IMG/VR virus record: IMGVR_UViG_3300030102_001784
Location: 1-61,976 of that record
DNA length: 61,976 nucleotides
From: a virus
Lineage: Duplodnaviria; Caudoviricetes
Reading direction: 5' to 3' (one strand)
Part shown: piece after piece, positions 1 through 10,178 of the stretch
Layout of the letters: the number at the start of each line of letters is the position of its first letter
Numbering within the stretch: the first letter of the stretch is position 1
The notes under the pieces: generated by a model
Seen by the model: only the letters and a program-made list of their open reading frames with translations
The model's database searches: none
What the model was told of the DNA's origin: nothing
Program-made: the position numbers and the translations under genes

Positions 1-125
1 GATCGGAGAAAACCCTTCAGTAGTCTCGTTGGACTCTTGTACAGGTTCTCCCACCGCTGTGCTATCTCCGGATGGTTTTTCCACAGATACCTCCTTTGTT
101 TCTCCGATTTGAATGGCATCTTCTT
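1..125. repeat. Terminal overlap with 61826..61950 (circular assembly junction)
   Basis: 1-125 matches 61826-61950 except G56/T61881; the sequences diverge after position 125/61950. Confidence 0.95.
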
Positions 126-303
126 CTTTTTTTAATTCTACTTTGGTTACGTTATCTTCTAACTCTATCAAAGGTTCTTTTGGATTAACATTAACTTTTG
201 TAACGTTATCTTTTGTTTCTGTTAATTTTTTAGGTGTTTTCTTTTTTGTTTTTAATTTAAAGTCACCTTCCTGCTTAACAGGTTCATTTGTTTTTTCTGA
301 CAT
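1..303 (-). CDS. 5' part of probable capsid scaffolding protein (continues across the junction into 60923..61950)
   Basis: ATG at 303 gives MSEKTNEPVKQEGDFKLK...EDAIQIGETKEVSVEKPSGDS, which runs into the ORF-track protein at 60923..61909; located between portal and major capsid genes. Confidence 0.8.
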   Translation of the reverse strand, partial: MSEKTNEPVKQEGDFKLKTKKKTPKKLTETKDNVTKVNVNPKEPLIELEDNVTKVELKKEEDAIQIGETKEVSVEKPSGDSTAVGEPVQESNETTEGFSPI

Positions 304-332
304 AATATAATATAATTAAATAATTAATAATT

Positions 333-2759
333 TTAAGCTTGAGTTTGCTCCATAGAAGCCTCTTGCTCTGGGTTAGCGGTCATTGATTGCTCTCCGCCTT
401 CTCCTTTTTCAAAGTCAATTGGTAATAAATCATTTTTTCTTTGATCTATCATTTTACTTTGTTGCGTACCTTCCATTTTTATACGCTTATCTTTAGCTTT
501 TTCTTTTTTATCGTTATTTTGATTAGTTGTATCTGCTTGTAACTTAGCTATAGCCATATCAAATTGATGCTGCATTTGCATTTTTTGCATATCAAGCTGC
601 GCTTGAGTTTGCATTTTTTGTATTTCCATTTGAGTTCTAGCTTGCTCGTATTGAACTTTAGAACCACTAATAGCTTCTTGCTTTTGAACTTCGTTCATTG
701 CAATCTTTTCATTAGCAGCGGCTTGAGCTTCACTTTGTGCAGCTATATTTGCTTGAGCGTTCTCTTGATCTTGTATAGCTTTTTGTTTACGCTTTACCTT
801 TAATAATTGGTTAGCTAGTTTAAGATTTTTAATTTGTCTTAAATCAATAGCATCTTCAAGATCAATACCGCTTTGCTGTAACGCTACTTGTATATTAGCT
901 TCTAATTTTTGTTTTTCTTCTTCGTCTGGTTCTAGTTCTAAAAATATACCAAAATCATGAAGATTAAGATTAGAAACTTCTTTTAAAGTATTAACATTAT
1001 AATTACTTATAGAGTTAACTAAAGACTCTGCAGTTAAAGGAAACTCTAAAGCATCTGCTATTTTTAAGGCTATATTTTCTGCTGTTCTAAGAGTTAAATA
1101 AGAACTAGCCTGGTTTATATGTCTAGTAGCAACATTAGACGCGTTAGCGGCCATCTTTTGAAGTCCTATAAGCGTTTGCTTGTCAGGCGTGCTACCATCT
1201 CTAGCTTCATTAAGTCCGGTTACATCACGTATCATTTGTAAATAATATTGATATGTGTTTATAAGACTTTGTATTTTAGCTTGACCAGAGCTAGAGTTTA
1301 ATTCTTGAATAGGTACTTTACCAGGATTCATATCGCCATCTTGTGTAAGCGATCTACCTACAATAGAACCTGTTTGAAAATACATGTTTAATGCTTCAGC
1401 TGGATTATAGTTAGTACCATTACCAAGATCAACTTCAGCTAAACCGTCCATGTCTAAATATACACCATCAGGTACTATTCTAGACATAACTTGTTGTAAT
1501 TTTAAATGTGTTAGCTGTATCATATCTGCAAAGCCAATACATTTGCTAACTAAAGATTCTATTCTACCTTTATATATTCTAGGTGCACAAATAGAGTAAT
1601 TCATTCTAACTTTAGTTGTATCAGCCATTGGCCTAGACATGTTTTCTGCTAATTCCCATTTAAGCATTGTTTCAGTTCCTAATACTTTTGCACCGCTATA
1701 AAGAACTTCTATAGATCTTGATATTCTTTCAAAGTTATCATTTTCAGGTGGATTAAAAGTGTCAGGTTTTTCAATAGCTTTAACCAAGCCTTGATCTGTC
1801 TTTTTAATTTTAAAAGTTTGATTATGATAAGTTTTATAATCAAAATAAAGAATTTGAACCGTATTATTATCATAATTTGGATAACCTGTAATATACGAGT
1901 TATTACCAGGCATGTTTTGTATACGCTCTAATTCTTTTTCAGATATGTCTGGAAACTCTTTTTTAAGTTCCGGTATTGTTATAGATTTAACTTCTCCTAC
2001 ATAATATATATCCTCAAAATTAGGATCTTCTGTGTAAGAATAAACCATATAGGCTGGATCAACGTAATCTACTTTTATTCCGTTAGCTGTATTAAAATTT
2101 GTTTTAACCGCGGCTATACCTAAAACAGTTAAATCCATATTTAACCTACGCTTGATCAAATCATATTTATTCTGAGCTAAAACACTAGAAATAGCTTCTT
2201 CTTCTGCTATCTCTATGCTTTGCTTGTATGACAATTGCATGTGTAACTCAAGCTCTTCATCAGATTCAGGTAATAAATCAGGGTTTGAAACTTGATACAA
2301 GTCTATACCCAAAGTATTTTTTAAAGTATCTAGATAATCTTGAGAAATCATATCTTCATATATCTTAGAAGCGTATTCAGTTCTTTTCTTTATTGATTCT
2401 GGATCTTGAGCATAAGCTTTAATATCATAAGATCTTTGAGATATACCATTAACTACAATATCTACAAACTTTGATAAAATAGGAACTGGTTTCCAATCTA
2501 AATTAAGATAAGACAAATCACCATTTATAGATAATTCATCTTTGTATTTTTGTATAGCTTGCTCTCCTCTAGCATATAATCTTTGCTGATGAAAATTGTT
2601 CCAAGCTGTTAAATACCTGTTACCAGTGGTTCTACCTTGAGAAAACCATTCACCTTCTATAGCTTGTGCTACTTGTCTTCCATATTCAATGCTAGATTTT
2701 TCTGCGTCGCTAACTACTTGGCTAGGGAATGAAGATCTCGTATTAGTATATATGTTCAT
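333..2759 (-). CDS. Portal protein
   Basis: 808 aa directly after terL; long Q-rich coiled-coil C-terminus typical of podovirus-type portals; synteny terL-portal-scaffold-MCP. Confidence 0.85.
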   Translation of the reverse strand: MNIYTNTRSSFPSQVVSDAEKSSIEYGRQVAQAIEGEWFSQGRTTGNRYLTAWNNFHQQRLYARGEQAIQKYKDELSINGDLSYLNLDWKPVPILSKFVDIVVNGISQRSYDIKAYAQDPESIKKRTEYASKIYEDMISQDYLDTLKNTLGIDLYQVSNPDLLPESDEELELHMQLSYKQSIEIAEEEAISSVLAQNKYDLIKRRLNMDLTVLGIAAVKTNFNTANGIKVDYVDPAYMVYSYTEDPNFEDIYYVGEVKSITIPELKKEFPDISEKELERIQNMPGNNSYITGYPNYDNNTVQILYFDYKTYHNQTFKIKKTDQGLVKAIEKPDTFNPPENDNFERISRSIEVLYSGAKVLGTETMLKWELAENMSRPMADTTKVRMNYSICAPRIYKGRIESLVSKCIGFADMIQLTHLKLQQVMSRIVPDGVYLDMDGLAEVDLGNGTNYNPAEALNMYFQTGSIVGRSLTQDGDMNPGKVPIQELNSSSGQAKIQSLINTYQYYLQMIRDVTGLNEARDGSTPDKQTLIGLQKMAANASNVATRHINQASSYLTLRTAENIALKIADALEFPLTAESLVNSISNYNVNTLKEVSNLNLHDFGIFLELEPDEEEKQKLEANIQVALQQSGIDLEDAIDLRQIKNLKLANQLLKVKRKQKAIQDQENAQANIAAQSEAQAAANEKIAMNEVQKQEAISGSKVQYEQARTQMEIQKMQTQAQLDMQKMQMQHQFDMAIAKLQADTTNQNNDKKEKAKDKRIKMEGTQQSKMIDQRKNDLLPIDFEKGEGGEQSMTANPEQEASMEQTQA

Positions 2760-4975
2760 TAATTTAAAATTTTTGATACAGTTCCTTTGTTGTCGTATTT
2801 TTTAATACCTAAATCAACTGGTTTTAATTCTTTTTTAACTGTGGGCGTATATCTATGTTTATTGCAGGCCATTAAAGCTAAACCTGAGCTAATAGAAGCA
2901 TCATGTGTTGTTCTATTATTAATATTAAATTTAGCCCAATCTTCTAGTGTTCTTTGAAAATACATATCACCATAACCAGTTTCTTTTAAACCTACGAAAT
3001 GTTCTATATATGTTTCTATAGCAGACGCATGAGCCTGCTTAATATCTTCACTTGAGTTAGGTATTCCACCTATTTCTCTTTCTGTTACAGATAATTTATT
3101 TCTTTTTTTATCTGGTCTATTCATAGCAAAACCTCTGTAACCTCTTCTTTTAAAATAATAAAGAAGTCTAGGTTTATTATTTTCTGCTAGTATAGGCATG
3201 CCATAAAATACACACGCCATTAAAACATCTTCAAAAAATATCTCAGCTGTTTGTGGTCTAGCTATATATTCTAAAAAGAAATGATTTGGAGGCGCTTCTT
3301 CCATACTAAATTTGGTTAATCCATGTAAGGATCCATTTGAACCTCTTCTATCAACTGTTCCAGATATATCATATGGATCACAACCAAATGCACCAACGTG
3401 TTCATTACCTGGATAATTAACACTATTTTTTATAAATCTTTTGTTTTGTAAATGTAATGGCGGAACCCAACTTATTAAAAATCTTCCGCTATTATTAGGC
3501 ACAAATAAAACTCTAGTATCTTGTTGACCATTTTCCCATTGAAAACTACCTTTTGTAACATTTATAGAGTTACGCATGTCTTCATTAAAATCTATTTGTT
3601 GATATATTTTTGTTAGATTAAATAAAGACTGTTTTGATTCGTCTCTAAAAGCATGCTTAGTGGTTCTTGGAAATTGTCTATAAAATTCATTTAAACCATC
3701 TTGATCATCTTTTAATCCATCAACTTCATTATCCCAATACTCTATTACTCCTATGCTTATTTTTTCATTATTCGGTCCATCAACAGGTTTTTTTGGTGTG
3801 TCGAAGACAGGTAAGCCATAAGAATCAATGTATCCTTCGTAATTCCATTCCATAGGTATGAACAAAGAATATAATCCGCTACGAGTCTGTCCGTTGCTGT
3901 TTCTTTTTGTAACATCTGAGTCATCATAAAGTTTTTTAAAGTTTCTACCGCCTTTGTCTAAAGCATTAGAGGTTGAACCCATCATACATTTACCTATAAC
4001 TCTGCTACCTAACCTTAATGTCGTTTTTGTAACCCTCCAGTTGTTGAGGATGTTGTTCGGCTTTTCCCATTTACCGCTCTCGTCGTGGACGAGAAGTTTG
4101 AGTTTCTCACCGTCGTAGGAGTTGTCACCGGTATTCTTCCAGTCGATGGTGGTGTCAAGTCCCTGGAGATCTTCCAAGGTTTCGTCAATACCTGCGGTGA
4201 GTTTTCTACGGGTAAACTTACTTGCTGGGACACGGTAGGCAAGCTCGGTCTTTGGACGGTCCATACCGTCCTGGGTCGGCTTGAAAAAGAAGGGGTAATT
4301 AACCGATATGGGTACCACCTTATCTGTGAACATCTTCTTAGCATCAGGACCGGACTTTGATAATATACCATACCTACTGTCGCTTGATATGGTTGCCAAG
4401 TTAACCACCTCTCCTGACGCCATAAAGGAAAACCCAGACCGTCTATTCTTAAGGTAGCACATCCCATAGGATCGTGAATCTGCTTTGCAAGCTTCCCAGA
4501 AAATGTAGAATAATCTATTTGACTCCCTAAAGTCTGGTGCCCCAACGTCAATTTTACTCCACTGCAAGTACATGTAATGAGTACCAGTAATGTAAGTAGC
4601 CACATCTTTATTATAGAACCAAAAGCCTTCTTCTCTTCGAGTAAATTCTTGATCGATGTAATCATACCATTTTTCTTTGAAATCTTGAGGATATTGCGTC
4701 CAGTCATATGTAGATTTAATTCTACTTAAACTTTTTGGATATTCAGCTTGATTCCATTTATTATTTTCAAACTCATGTACATTAGCTTTTTCTGGTAAAG
4801 CTATTTTTAGGTTTTGTATTTCGTATATATCACCTATTTTACCACTTTTGCTTATAACTATAATATCATGTTCATCGTTATAACCATACTCCCATTTTTT
4901 ATACCTATTCATTCTTTGAAGAACTTTAGGTTTAACATGGTTTTTTAAAACTTTATATAAACTTTGCTGATACAT
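2759..4975 (-). CDS. terL: Terminase large subunit
   Basis: Walker A-like YLKNRRSGFS, Walker B LLVHDESGK, motif III MGSTSN, nuclease-domain FGCDPYD and C-terminal HDASISSGLA. Confidence 0.92.
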   Translation of the reverse strand: MYQQSLYKVLKNHVKPKVLQRMNRYKKWEYGYNDEHDIIVISKSGKIGDIYEIQNLKIALPEKANVHEFENNKWNQAEYPKSLSRIKSTYDWTQYPQDFKEKWYDYIDQEFTRREEGFWFYNKDVATYITGTHYMYLQWSKIDVGAPDFRESNRLFYIFWEACKADSRSYGMCYLKNRRSGFSFMASGEVVNLATISSDSRYGILSKSGPDAKKMFTDKVVPISVNYPFFFKPTQDGMDRPKTELAYRVPASKFTRRKLTAGIDETLEDLQGLDTTIDWKNTGDNSYDGEKLKLLVHDESGKWEKPNNILNNWRVTKTTLRLGSRVIGKCMMGSTSNALDKGGRNFKKLYDDSDVTKRNSNGQTRSGLYSLFIPMEWNYEGYIDSYGLPVFDTPKKPVDGPNNEKISIGVIEYWDNEVDGLKDDQDGLNEFYRQFPRTTKHAFRDESKQSLFNLTKIYQQIDFNEDMRNSINVTKGSFQWENGQQDTRVLFVPNNSGRFLISWVPPLHLQNKRFIKNSVNYPGNEHVGAFGCDPYDISGTVDRRGSNGSLHGLTKFSMEEAPPNHFFLEYIARPQTAEIFFEDVLMACVFYGMPILAENNKPRLLYYFKRRGYRGFAMNRPDKKRNKLSVTEREIGGIPNSSEDIKQAHASAIETYIEHFVGLKETGYGDMYFQRTLEDWAKFNINNRTTHDASISSGLALMACNKHRYTPTVKKELKPVDLGIKKYDNKGTVSKILN

Positions 4976-5253
4976 TATTTCTTAGATCTACCTTCTGCAA
5001 AACCTTTAAATTGAAGCTTTTTGCTAGAATCTTTAGGCTTTTCATTTAACATATCTTCTTCTTCTTGAAGTCTATTTAATATTTCAAAAGCATCAAATAT
5101 AGCAAGCTTTTTAGTTGCTGCAGCATTTTTTAATCTATCAGCTGCTAAATCATCGTCTGATTCAACTATAGGTTCTTTAGCTACTTTTATTAATTCTTCA
5201 ACAGCTATTCGCCCAGCTTGGATTATATTCCTTTTCGTTTCCTTGGTGCTCAT
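4975..5253 (-). CDS. Small helical protein, possible terminase small subunit
   Basis: 92 aa, abuts the terL start; assignment is positional only. Confidence 0.45.
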   Translation of the reverse strand: MSTKETKRNIIQAGRIAVEELIKVAKEPIVESDDDLAADRLKNAAATKKLAIFDAFEILNRLQEEEDMLNEKPKDSSKKLQFKGFAEGRSKK

Positions 5254-5803
5254 ATTTAATTACAATATCATTTGATTTCATACAATAAAGACGCTTGTTA
5301 TTTACTAAAAACTCCCATTCACTATTAGGTGTATACCCAACTAAGTCTCCTGGATTTATTCCTAGCTCTTCTAAGAACTTATTACCATATTTTAATATAC
5401 CAACAAGATATTCTTCTTTATTAAGCGTTAAATCTTCTCTGTTACGTATAGGTATTACAAAGCATCTGTCATTAAAAGAGTTGTATCCTGCTTTATTTTT
5501 ATATAAATAAATTTGATCAACAGCACAAAAATAATAATTATCTTTAAACCATGATCTACTTTTCTTTTTTTCTCCTTTCATATCATAAAATGTTCTAAAA
5601 ACATTTTGATGTATAATAACTTCATCACCTTTATTTATAGGTGTATAAAAAGCAGCAGGCGTTTCTATTACTTTAGCAACTCTATTTACAAATTTCCAGT
5701 TTTCTATTTTAGTATTTACTACTAATTTTTTACCACCTACATTAACAGTATTACTGTACTTATCGCCTACTGGTTCGACGATAAAATCATATAAACTCTT
5801 CAT
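5198..5803 (-). CDS. Tandem GroES-like (co-chaperonin fold) protein
   Basis: Two GroES-like units: LYDFIVEP...AKVIETP...INKGDEVII and FNDRCFVIP...GILKYG...INPGDLVGY...LYCMKSNDIV. Confidence 0.65.
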   Translation of the reverse strand: MKSLYDFIVEPVGDKYSNTVNVGGKKLVVNTKIENWKFVNRVAKVIETPAAFYTPINKGDEVIIHQNVFRTFYDMKGEKKKSRSWFKDNYYFCAVDQIYLYKNKAGYNSFNDRCFVIPIRNREDLTLNKEEYLVGILKYGNKFLEELGINPGDLVGYTPNSEWEFLVNNKRLYCMKSNDIVIKYEHQGNEKEYNPSWANSC

Positions 5804-6030
5804 TAATACTCTAAATCATACTCAACAGATATAGCCATGTTAGAATTAAATTTCTTCCACGGTAATACCTCGTCGTTTTTTTTAATGTGAATATTATATG
5901 ACTTGTCTGATTCGTCTAGCAGTATATGAGATATTTCATGACCACCGTAAACTTGTTGACCTACAGAATAATGCATAGCCTCGTTCTTGTAATCAGAACC
6001 AATGCTAATTTTTCTAATATTATTCTGCAT
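5803..6030 (-). CDS. Hypothetical protein
   Basis: 75-aa ORF translationally coupled to its neighbours. Confidence 0.75.
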   Translation of the reverse strand: MQNNIRKISIGSDYKNEAMHYSVGQQVYGGHEISHILLDESDKSYNIHIKKNDEVLPWKKFNSNMAISVEYDLEY

Positions 6031-6256
6031 CTTTTTTTATTTCAGTGTAGCTACCATCTTTTAAGTCTATATTTATAGAACCATATTCTTCTTCAAGCTC
6101 TGATTTAGTTTTTTCTATTTCTTCACTTAAATGTTTTATTTCTGAAGCTACATTGTGTTTTTGTATCTCAAGCACACCTATTTTATTTAATAGATCTGCG
6201 AGTTTTGTTTGTTGATTAGTTATTTTATTTAACTGATCTTCTTTAATTTTTGCCAT
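6020..6256 (-). CDS. Hypothetical coiled-coil protein
   Basis: 78 aa with heptad pattern; first gene after the class II promoter at 6286-6313. Confidence 0.75.
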   Translation of the reverse strand: MAKIKEDQLNKITNQQTKLADLLNKIGVLEIQKHNVASEIKHLSEEIEKTKSELEEEYGSINIDLKDGSYTEIKKDAE

Positions 6257-6285
6257 TTTATTTAATTTAATTGTTTTATAACTTT

Positions 6286-6313
6286 ATAGTTACACTATTA
6301 TTTAGAAGTTTAC
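6286..6313 (-). promoter_or_regulatory. Class II (middle/late) phage promoter candidate
   Basis: GTAAA-N15-GTAACTAT in an intergenic gap; same geometry at five other sites. Confidence 0.7.
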
Positions 6314-6317
6314 TTTA

Positions 6318-8114
6318 CTATACTCCATATGTACCTCTTGATGCCTTCCAGCTTGCTTCAATTTGTGAATCACTAATTGTGTCATTAAATATTCCAAACT
6401 CACCATAATGACAAGGGTTGTTTTCACCAAAGTTAGCTGCATTACCTAGAATTACATTTTCAAATAAAAATTCATCTATATCTAAACTACTTCCTGATTG
6501 TTCTATGTATAATCCTTCACCGGTTACAGGAACTGTGTTTCCTGTTCCATCACCATTTTGATAATCCCAATTTGTTGTTGCGCCTGCACCTGGAGGATTT
6601 GCAACTGCCCAATCATATGAGCTTTTACACCCTACTGTTAATTTAACACTTCCATCATTAGAACCTGTTGTTGTAGATGGAAAAAACTGTAGCGCCATAA
6701 ATATCCAATCGCTTGTTAAATCTGCACCACCTGTTCCAGAATAATCTATTAATGAAGGATAACCAAATATATAATTAGGTGAAAATAATAAGAAACTTAA
6801 GTTGCTCAAATAAAATCCTTGATCAAATGCAGCGCCTGCTTGAGTTCCAAGAAAATCGAATATACCACCAAATGTTTGACTTAGATATGGTCCTTGCATG
6901 TATCCAATAAACGTAGACTTAGTTGTTATTCCTGAAGATAGAGTTGAACCTCTTGTTATCGCGTTAGCGCTGTTACCCATTGACCAAAATGCTGGGTCAG
7001 TTGCGGTTGCAGGGAAAAACTGAAAGTTAGTTGTGTTACTAGATATTTGTAAGTCTCCAATAGTATTACTTGAGGTTAGATTAGCTACTGTAGCTCCTGA
7101 TGATACGTTACCTTGAGTGGCTTGATTAAACGCTTCAGGTGAATAGTATGCAACAAGATTTGTTAAAGGAAAGTTTATATTAGGCGGATATATACCTTTA
7201 AGCATGTTTTCAAATTTTTGCCAATAGAACGTACTGTTTCCACCGTCATATACCCATTGCCATAACACAGGGTTAGTTCCACCTAAACTTGTATTACCGT
7301 TTGTAAGTTTACTAGTAATGCCAGTACCACTACCATGAAGAACATCTGGTAATTTATAGTTTGAAGAAGTTGTTGGGTCAAAAACTACATATCCTGTACT
7401 GCCGTCAGGAAAATCATTTGCATTAGAAACTACTAATTTATTTTCAGATAAAGTAAGATTAACTAAAATGTTTGGTCCATCTGTAGCAAAATCCCAAGAG
7501 ATACTGTCTCCACCTGATTTTGTTACGAAAGCGCTTGTTCCTCCACTAGGAAGATCTATTTCTACAACATCTCCCGAAGCAGTTACCGCTAATGATTTAG
7601 TTGCTGTTCCAGTTTGTGTACCTGAACCATAAGCACTAAATGTTACATTTGTACCTACTATCATATCAGCTGCTACATCTAAGTTTGCTGCTGGTGCATT
7701 TCTTCCTATACCTACAAAACCAAAAGCATCAACTCGCATGTATTCTTGAAGTACGCCGTTATCGTCTGCAACTTGAAAAATTAAATCTTGACCGCTAGGG
7801 TTTACTGTACTATCTAGTGTAAATATTTTAGCTCCAATTACTGCAGCGCTAGCATCGTCTACACCATTAAATACAACTGCTTGACTACCTACGCTTGGTC
7901 CAGCTCCTGTAGCAGCTAAATTTAAATCTCCAGTTAGCGGTTTAGTAGCGCCAGCTGTTAAAGGTAAGAAAGGACCACCTTGTAATGTTACCAAACTAGA
8001 CGCTAAATCAGCTGGTGTTATCTTTGTATTGTTTGCGCCTGAATAACCTACTATATCTGTAAAGTTATTAATATCCGTCTCAGCGGTAAATTGTGAAAAT
8101 TTTATATTTGCCAT
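6318..8114 (-). CDS. Tail fibre/receptor-binding-like protein with C-terminal LamG/ConA-like domain
   Basis: G/T/S-rich 598 aa; fibre-type motifs (GFVGIGRNAPAANLDV); C-terminus ending GEFGIFNDTISDSQI resembles LamG-like domains. Confidence 0.65.
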   Translation of the reverse strand: MANIKFSQFTAETDINNFTDIVGYSGANNTKITPADLASSLVTLQGGPFLPLTAGATKPLTGDLNLAATGAGPSVGSQAVVFNGVDDASAAVIGAKIFTLDSTVNPSGQDLIFQVADDNGVLQEYMRVDAFGFVGIGRNAPAANLDVAADMIVGTNVTFSAYGSGTQTGTATKSLAVTASGDVVEIDLPSGGTSAFVTKSGGDSISWDFATDGPNILVNLTLSENKLVVSNANDFPDGSTGYVVFDPTTSSNYKLPDVLHGSGTGITSKLTNGNTSLGGTNPVLWQWVYDGGNSTFYWQKFENMLKGIYPPNINFPLTNLVAYYSPEAFNQATQGNVSSGATVANLTSSNTIGDLQISSNTTNFQFFPATATDPAFWSMGNSANAITRGSTLSSGITTKSTFIGYMQGPYLSQTFGGIFDFLGTQAGAAFDQGFYLSNLSFLLFSPNYIFGYPSLIDYSGTGGADLTSDWIFMALQFFPSTTTGSNDGSVKLTVGCKSSYDWAVANPPGAGATTNWDYQNGDGTGNTVPVTGEGLYIEQSGSSLDIDEFLFENVILGNAANFGENNPCHYGEFGIFNDTISDSQIEASWKASRGTYGV

Positions 8115-8123
8115 TTTGTTTTT

Positions 8124-8285
8124 TTATTCTTTGACCATTAAGTCAGCGTTGTTTTCTGTTAACATAAAGTCTACTCCATTTTCTAATATAATGAAGTCTC
8201 CAACTGGTGGAGCTGTGCCACTACCTTGTGTTAGTGGTATTGCATCAATTGCTAGTGCAACCGCTATTGATAGAGGTGATCCCAT
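8124..8285 (-). CDS. Small structural-region protein (53 aa, not in the ORF track)
   Basis: MGSPLSIAVALAIDAIP...FMLTENNADLMVKE fills the gap between flanking genes. Confidence 0.65.
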   Translation of the reverse strand: MGSPLSIAVALAIDAIPLTQGSGTAPPVGDFIILENGVDFMLTENNADLMVKE

Positions 8286-8286
8286 T

Positions 8287-8808
8287 TTATCTTAGTGCTA
8301 ATATGTCTGAAGCTGATGTACCTGAATTAAGTACTCTTATTACTTGCAAAGGAACATATGAATTATTACCTACATTTTTTAATATTACAGGATTTTCACT
8401 TGAAGCTGGTATAACTGTTAGGTCTCCAGCTGTTCCTACAAACAAACTAAATCCTTCGTTACCAGATTTTCTATTTAAAAAACCACCTGATGCTCTATAT
8501 ATGTCGTAAGAAGTACCACCACCTGTTAATCCTGGTGCTGATAAAGTAAGTTTGATATTACTATCAACAACTTTTATTTGAGCTATGGTGCCTGTACTTG
8601 GTTCATATACTATATCTCCAGGTACTACTCTATTAGAATATCCTGTTCCAGCAGGATTAGTTTGACCGTCTCTGAAAGTTGCAGTAGCGTCATCTAATGT
8701 TGTTCCCGCGCCTGTGTTAGTTCCACTCAAATAACTTCCTGGTTCAGGAATATTTATTACATCATTAGGAACAACTGTTATTGCTTGTGTTGGTTGGTTA
8801 CTTGCCAT
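8287..8808 (-). CDS. Probable virion structural protein
   Basis: 173 aa, beta-rich and G/T-rich, within the tail gene cluster. Confidence 0.6.
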   Translation of the reverse strand: MASNQPTQAITVVPNDVINIPEPGSYLSGTNTGAGTTLDDATATFRDGQTNPAGTGYSNRVVPGDIVYEPSTGTIAQIKVVDSNIKLTLSAPGLTGGGTSYDIYRASGGFLNRKSGNEGFSLFVGTAGDLTVIPASSENPVILKNVGNNSYVPLQVIRVLNSGTSASDILALR

Positions 8809-8814
8809 TTTTTA

Positions 8815-9273
8815 TTATTTATTACTTATTGATTTAAATTTTTCTGCGCCTCGAGATCCAAAATAAGCCACATATACAGTTATTAAAAGTGATTTAAGTA
8901 AATCTACCCAACCACTGTCAACATCAAAATGTACATTAGAGCTTTCTAATATTATCAAAACAATTAAAGATATAGTTAAAAATATAAGCGCCATTGGCCT
9001 GGTGTTTTTGCTAAGCCATGAATCACTTTTCATATCACTAGCCCAACGCTTAGACACTTCTTGCATTTCTACCATATCTTGCTCTAATAACTTTAAAGCT
9101 TTCTCCTTGTCTTCAGGAGTTAAAACAACTGGATCTTCTTTGTTAATTAAGTTCTTTACAACACCTAATAATCCTCGATCAGGTAATACATCACCTACAG
9201 TACCAAGTATACTAGGCGCAGCTTTAGATAAAAACTTACCTACTTTAGTTTCTATAAATTTCTTTTTAGGCAT
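8815..9273 (-). CDS. Holin (GTA-type 3TM holin-like)
   Basis: Likely start MPKKKF at 9273; RWASDMKSDSWLSKNTRP followed by two hydrophobic helices and YFGSRGAEK. Confidence 0.75.
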   Translation of the reverse strand: MPKKKFIETKVGKFLSKAAPSILGTVGDVLPDRGLLGVVKNLINKEDPVVLTPEDKEKALKLLEQDMVEMQEVSKRWASDMKSDSWLSKNTRPMALIFLTISLIVLIILESSNVHFDVDSGWVDLLKSLLITVYVAYFGSRGAEKFKSISNK

Positions 9274-9583
9274 CTTTTGTCTTTTTGTAAGCTTCAGCTT
9301 CCCACGGTAAATCGTGAGCGCCTTCACTCATTTTAGATCTGGAATATTTTTTGCCTTTCCAATAAACGTAATCATTATCATAATCTAAATCACCACGTTT
9401 CATTTGATCAATATGTACCATTTCATGATCAATAACATCTTGAGTTTCTGAAGGTGATACATCTTTGTTAATAATAATTGTTAAATTATTATTGGCTTTA
9501 CCCATAACATCGTCTTCCATTTCAACATGATATATTGGAGTATTGTCTATTTTATATGGAGGATTGTTAAGTTTAAATGCCAT
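9266..9583 (-). CDS. Small zincin-like metallopeptidase
   Basis: HEMVH motif with downstream PWEAEA. Confidence 0.7.
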   Translation of the reverse strand: MAFKLNNPPYKIDNTPIYHVEMEDDVMGKANNNLTIIINKDVSPSETQDVIDHEMVHIDQMKRGDLDYDNDYVYWKGKKYSRSKMSEGAHDLPWEAEAYKKTKDA

Positions 9584-9744
9584 TATCTTCTATTTCTATA
9601 AGGAAACATTTTGTTTAAAGCTTCTTTTCGGCTTTCACAACCGCAAGGGATGTTTAGTCCCCTGCTCATTGTGTCTACCATTTTTTTGATACCAGTAGCT
9701 TTAGTAAACTTCTCTACGCTGTCTCCTAAACCTCTTGATTCCAT
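9583..9744 (-). CDS. Small Cys-containing protein (53 aa, not in the ORF track)
   Basis: MESRGLGDSVEKFTKATGIKK...PCGCESRKEALNKMFPY; coupled to both neighbours. Confidence 0.75.
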   Translation of the reverse strand: MESRGLGDSVEKFTKATGIKKMVDTMSRGLNIPCGCESRKEALNKMFPYRNRR

Positions 9745-9746
9745 AA

Positions 9747-10139
9747 TTATGCTACTACGAAGCTTCTAAAATATACTTTAAGAGCTGGGTCGTAAGCAGC
9801 TGTTGCGTCTGCTTGATCTTGCGGTAATCCACAAGTAGCTTTTACGCCTCCTGGGTTAGCAGTTAAAGCTCTATTAACTGATTGCTTTAATTTTGCTTGA
9901 TACCCTGTTGAAGCTGGTACAGCTGCATTAGGTGCATCTGATGTAGAAGTTGCAACAAGCGCTGTAGCTGTTTTTCCTCCTACTAATTCACATACTACTG
10001 CCATAGCCGTAGCTGTTACATTAGTAGAAATACTTAATACAGTATCTGCTAATAATAAGTTGTCTCCGTCCATTGCAGCGTCTGCTACTCCTGCAGCGTC
10101 AGCTCCATTAATTACTGGGAAATTAATCCATTTTGCCAT
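9747..10139 (-). CDS. Probable structural protein
   Basis: 130 aa, Ala-rich, in the late arm. Confidence 0.55.
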   Translation of the reverse strand: MAKWINFPVINGADAAGVADAAMDGDNLLLADTVLSISTNVTATAMAVVCELVGGKTATALVATSTSDAPNAAVPASTGYQAKLKQSVNRALTANPGGVKATCGLPQDQADATAAYDPALKVYFRSFVVA

Positions 10140-10178
10140 GATTTTTAATTTTTAATTGTTAATATTTGTTTTTGGTTT

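Noticed and set aside
1-125. Biological direct terminal repeat
   Set aside because: It falls inside a coding sequence and the copies diverge like strain variants; better explained as assembly circularisation.
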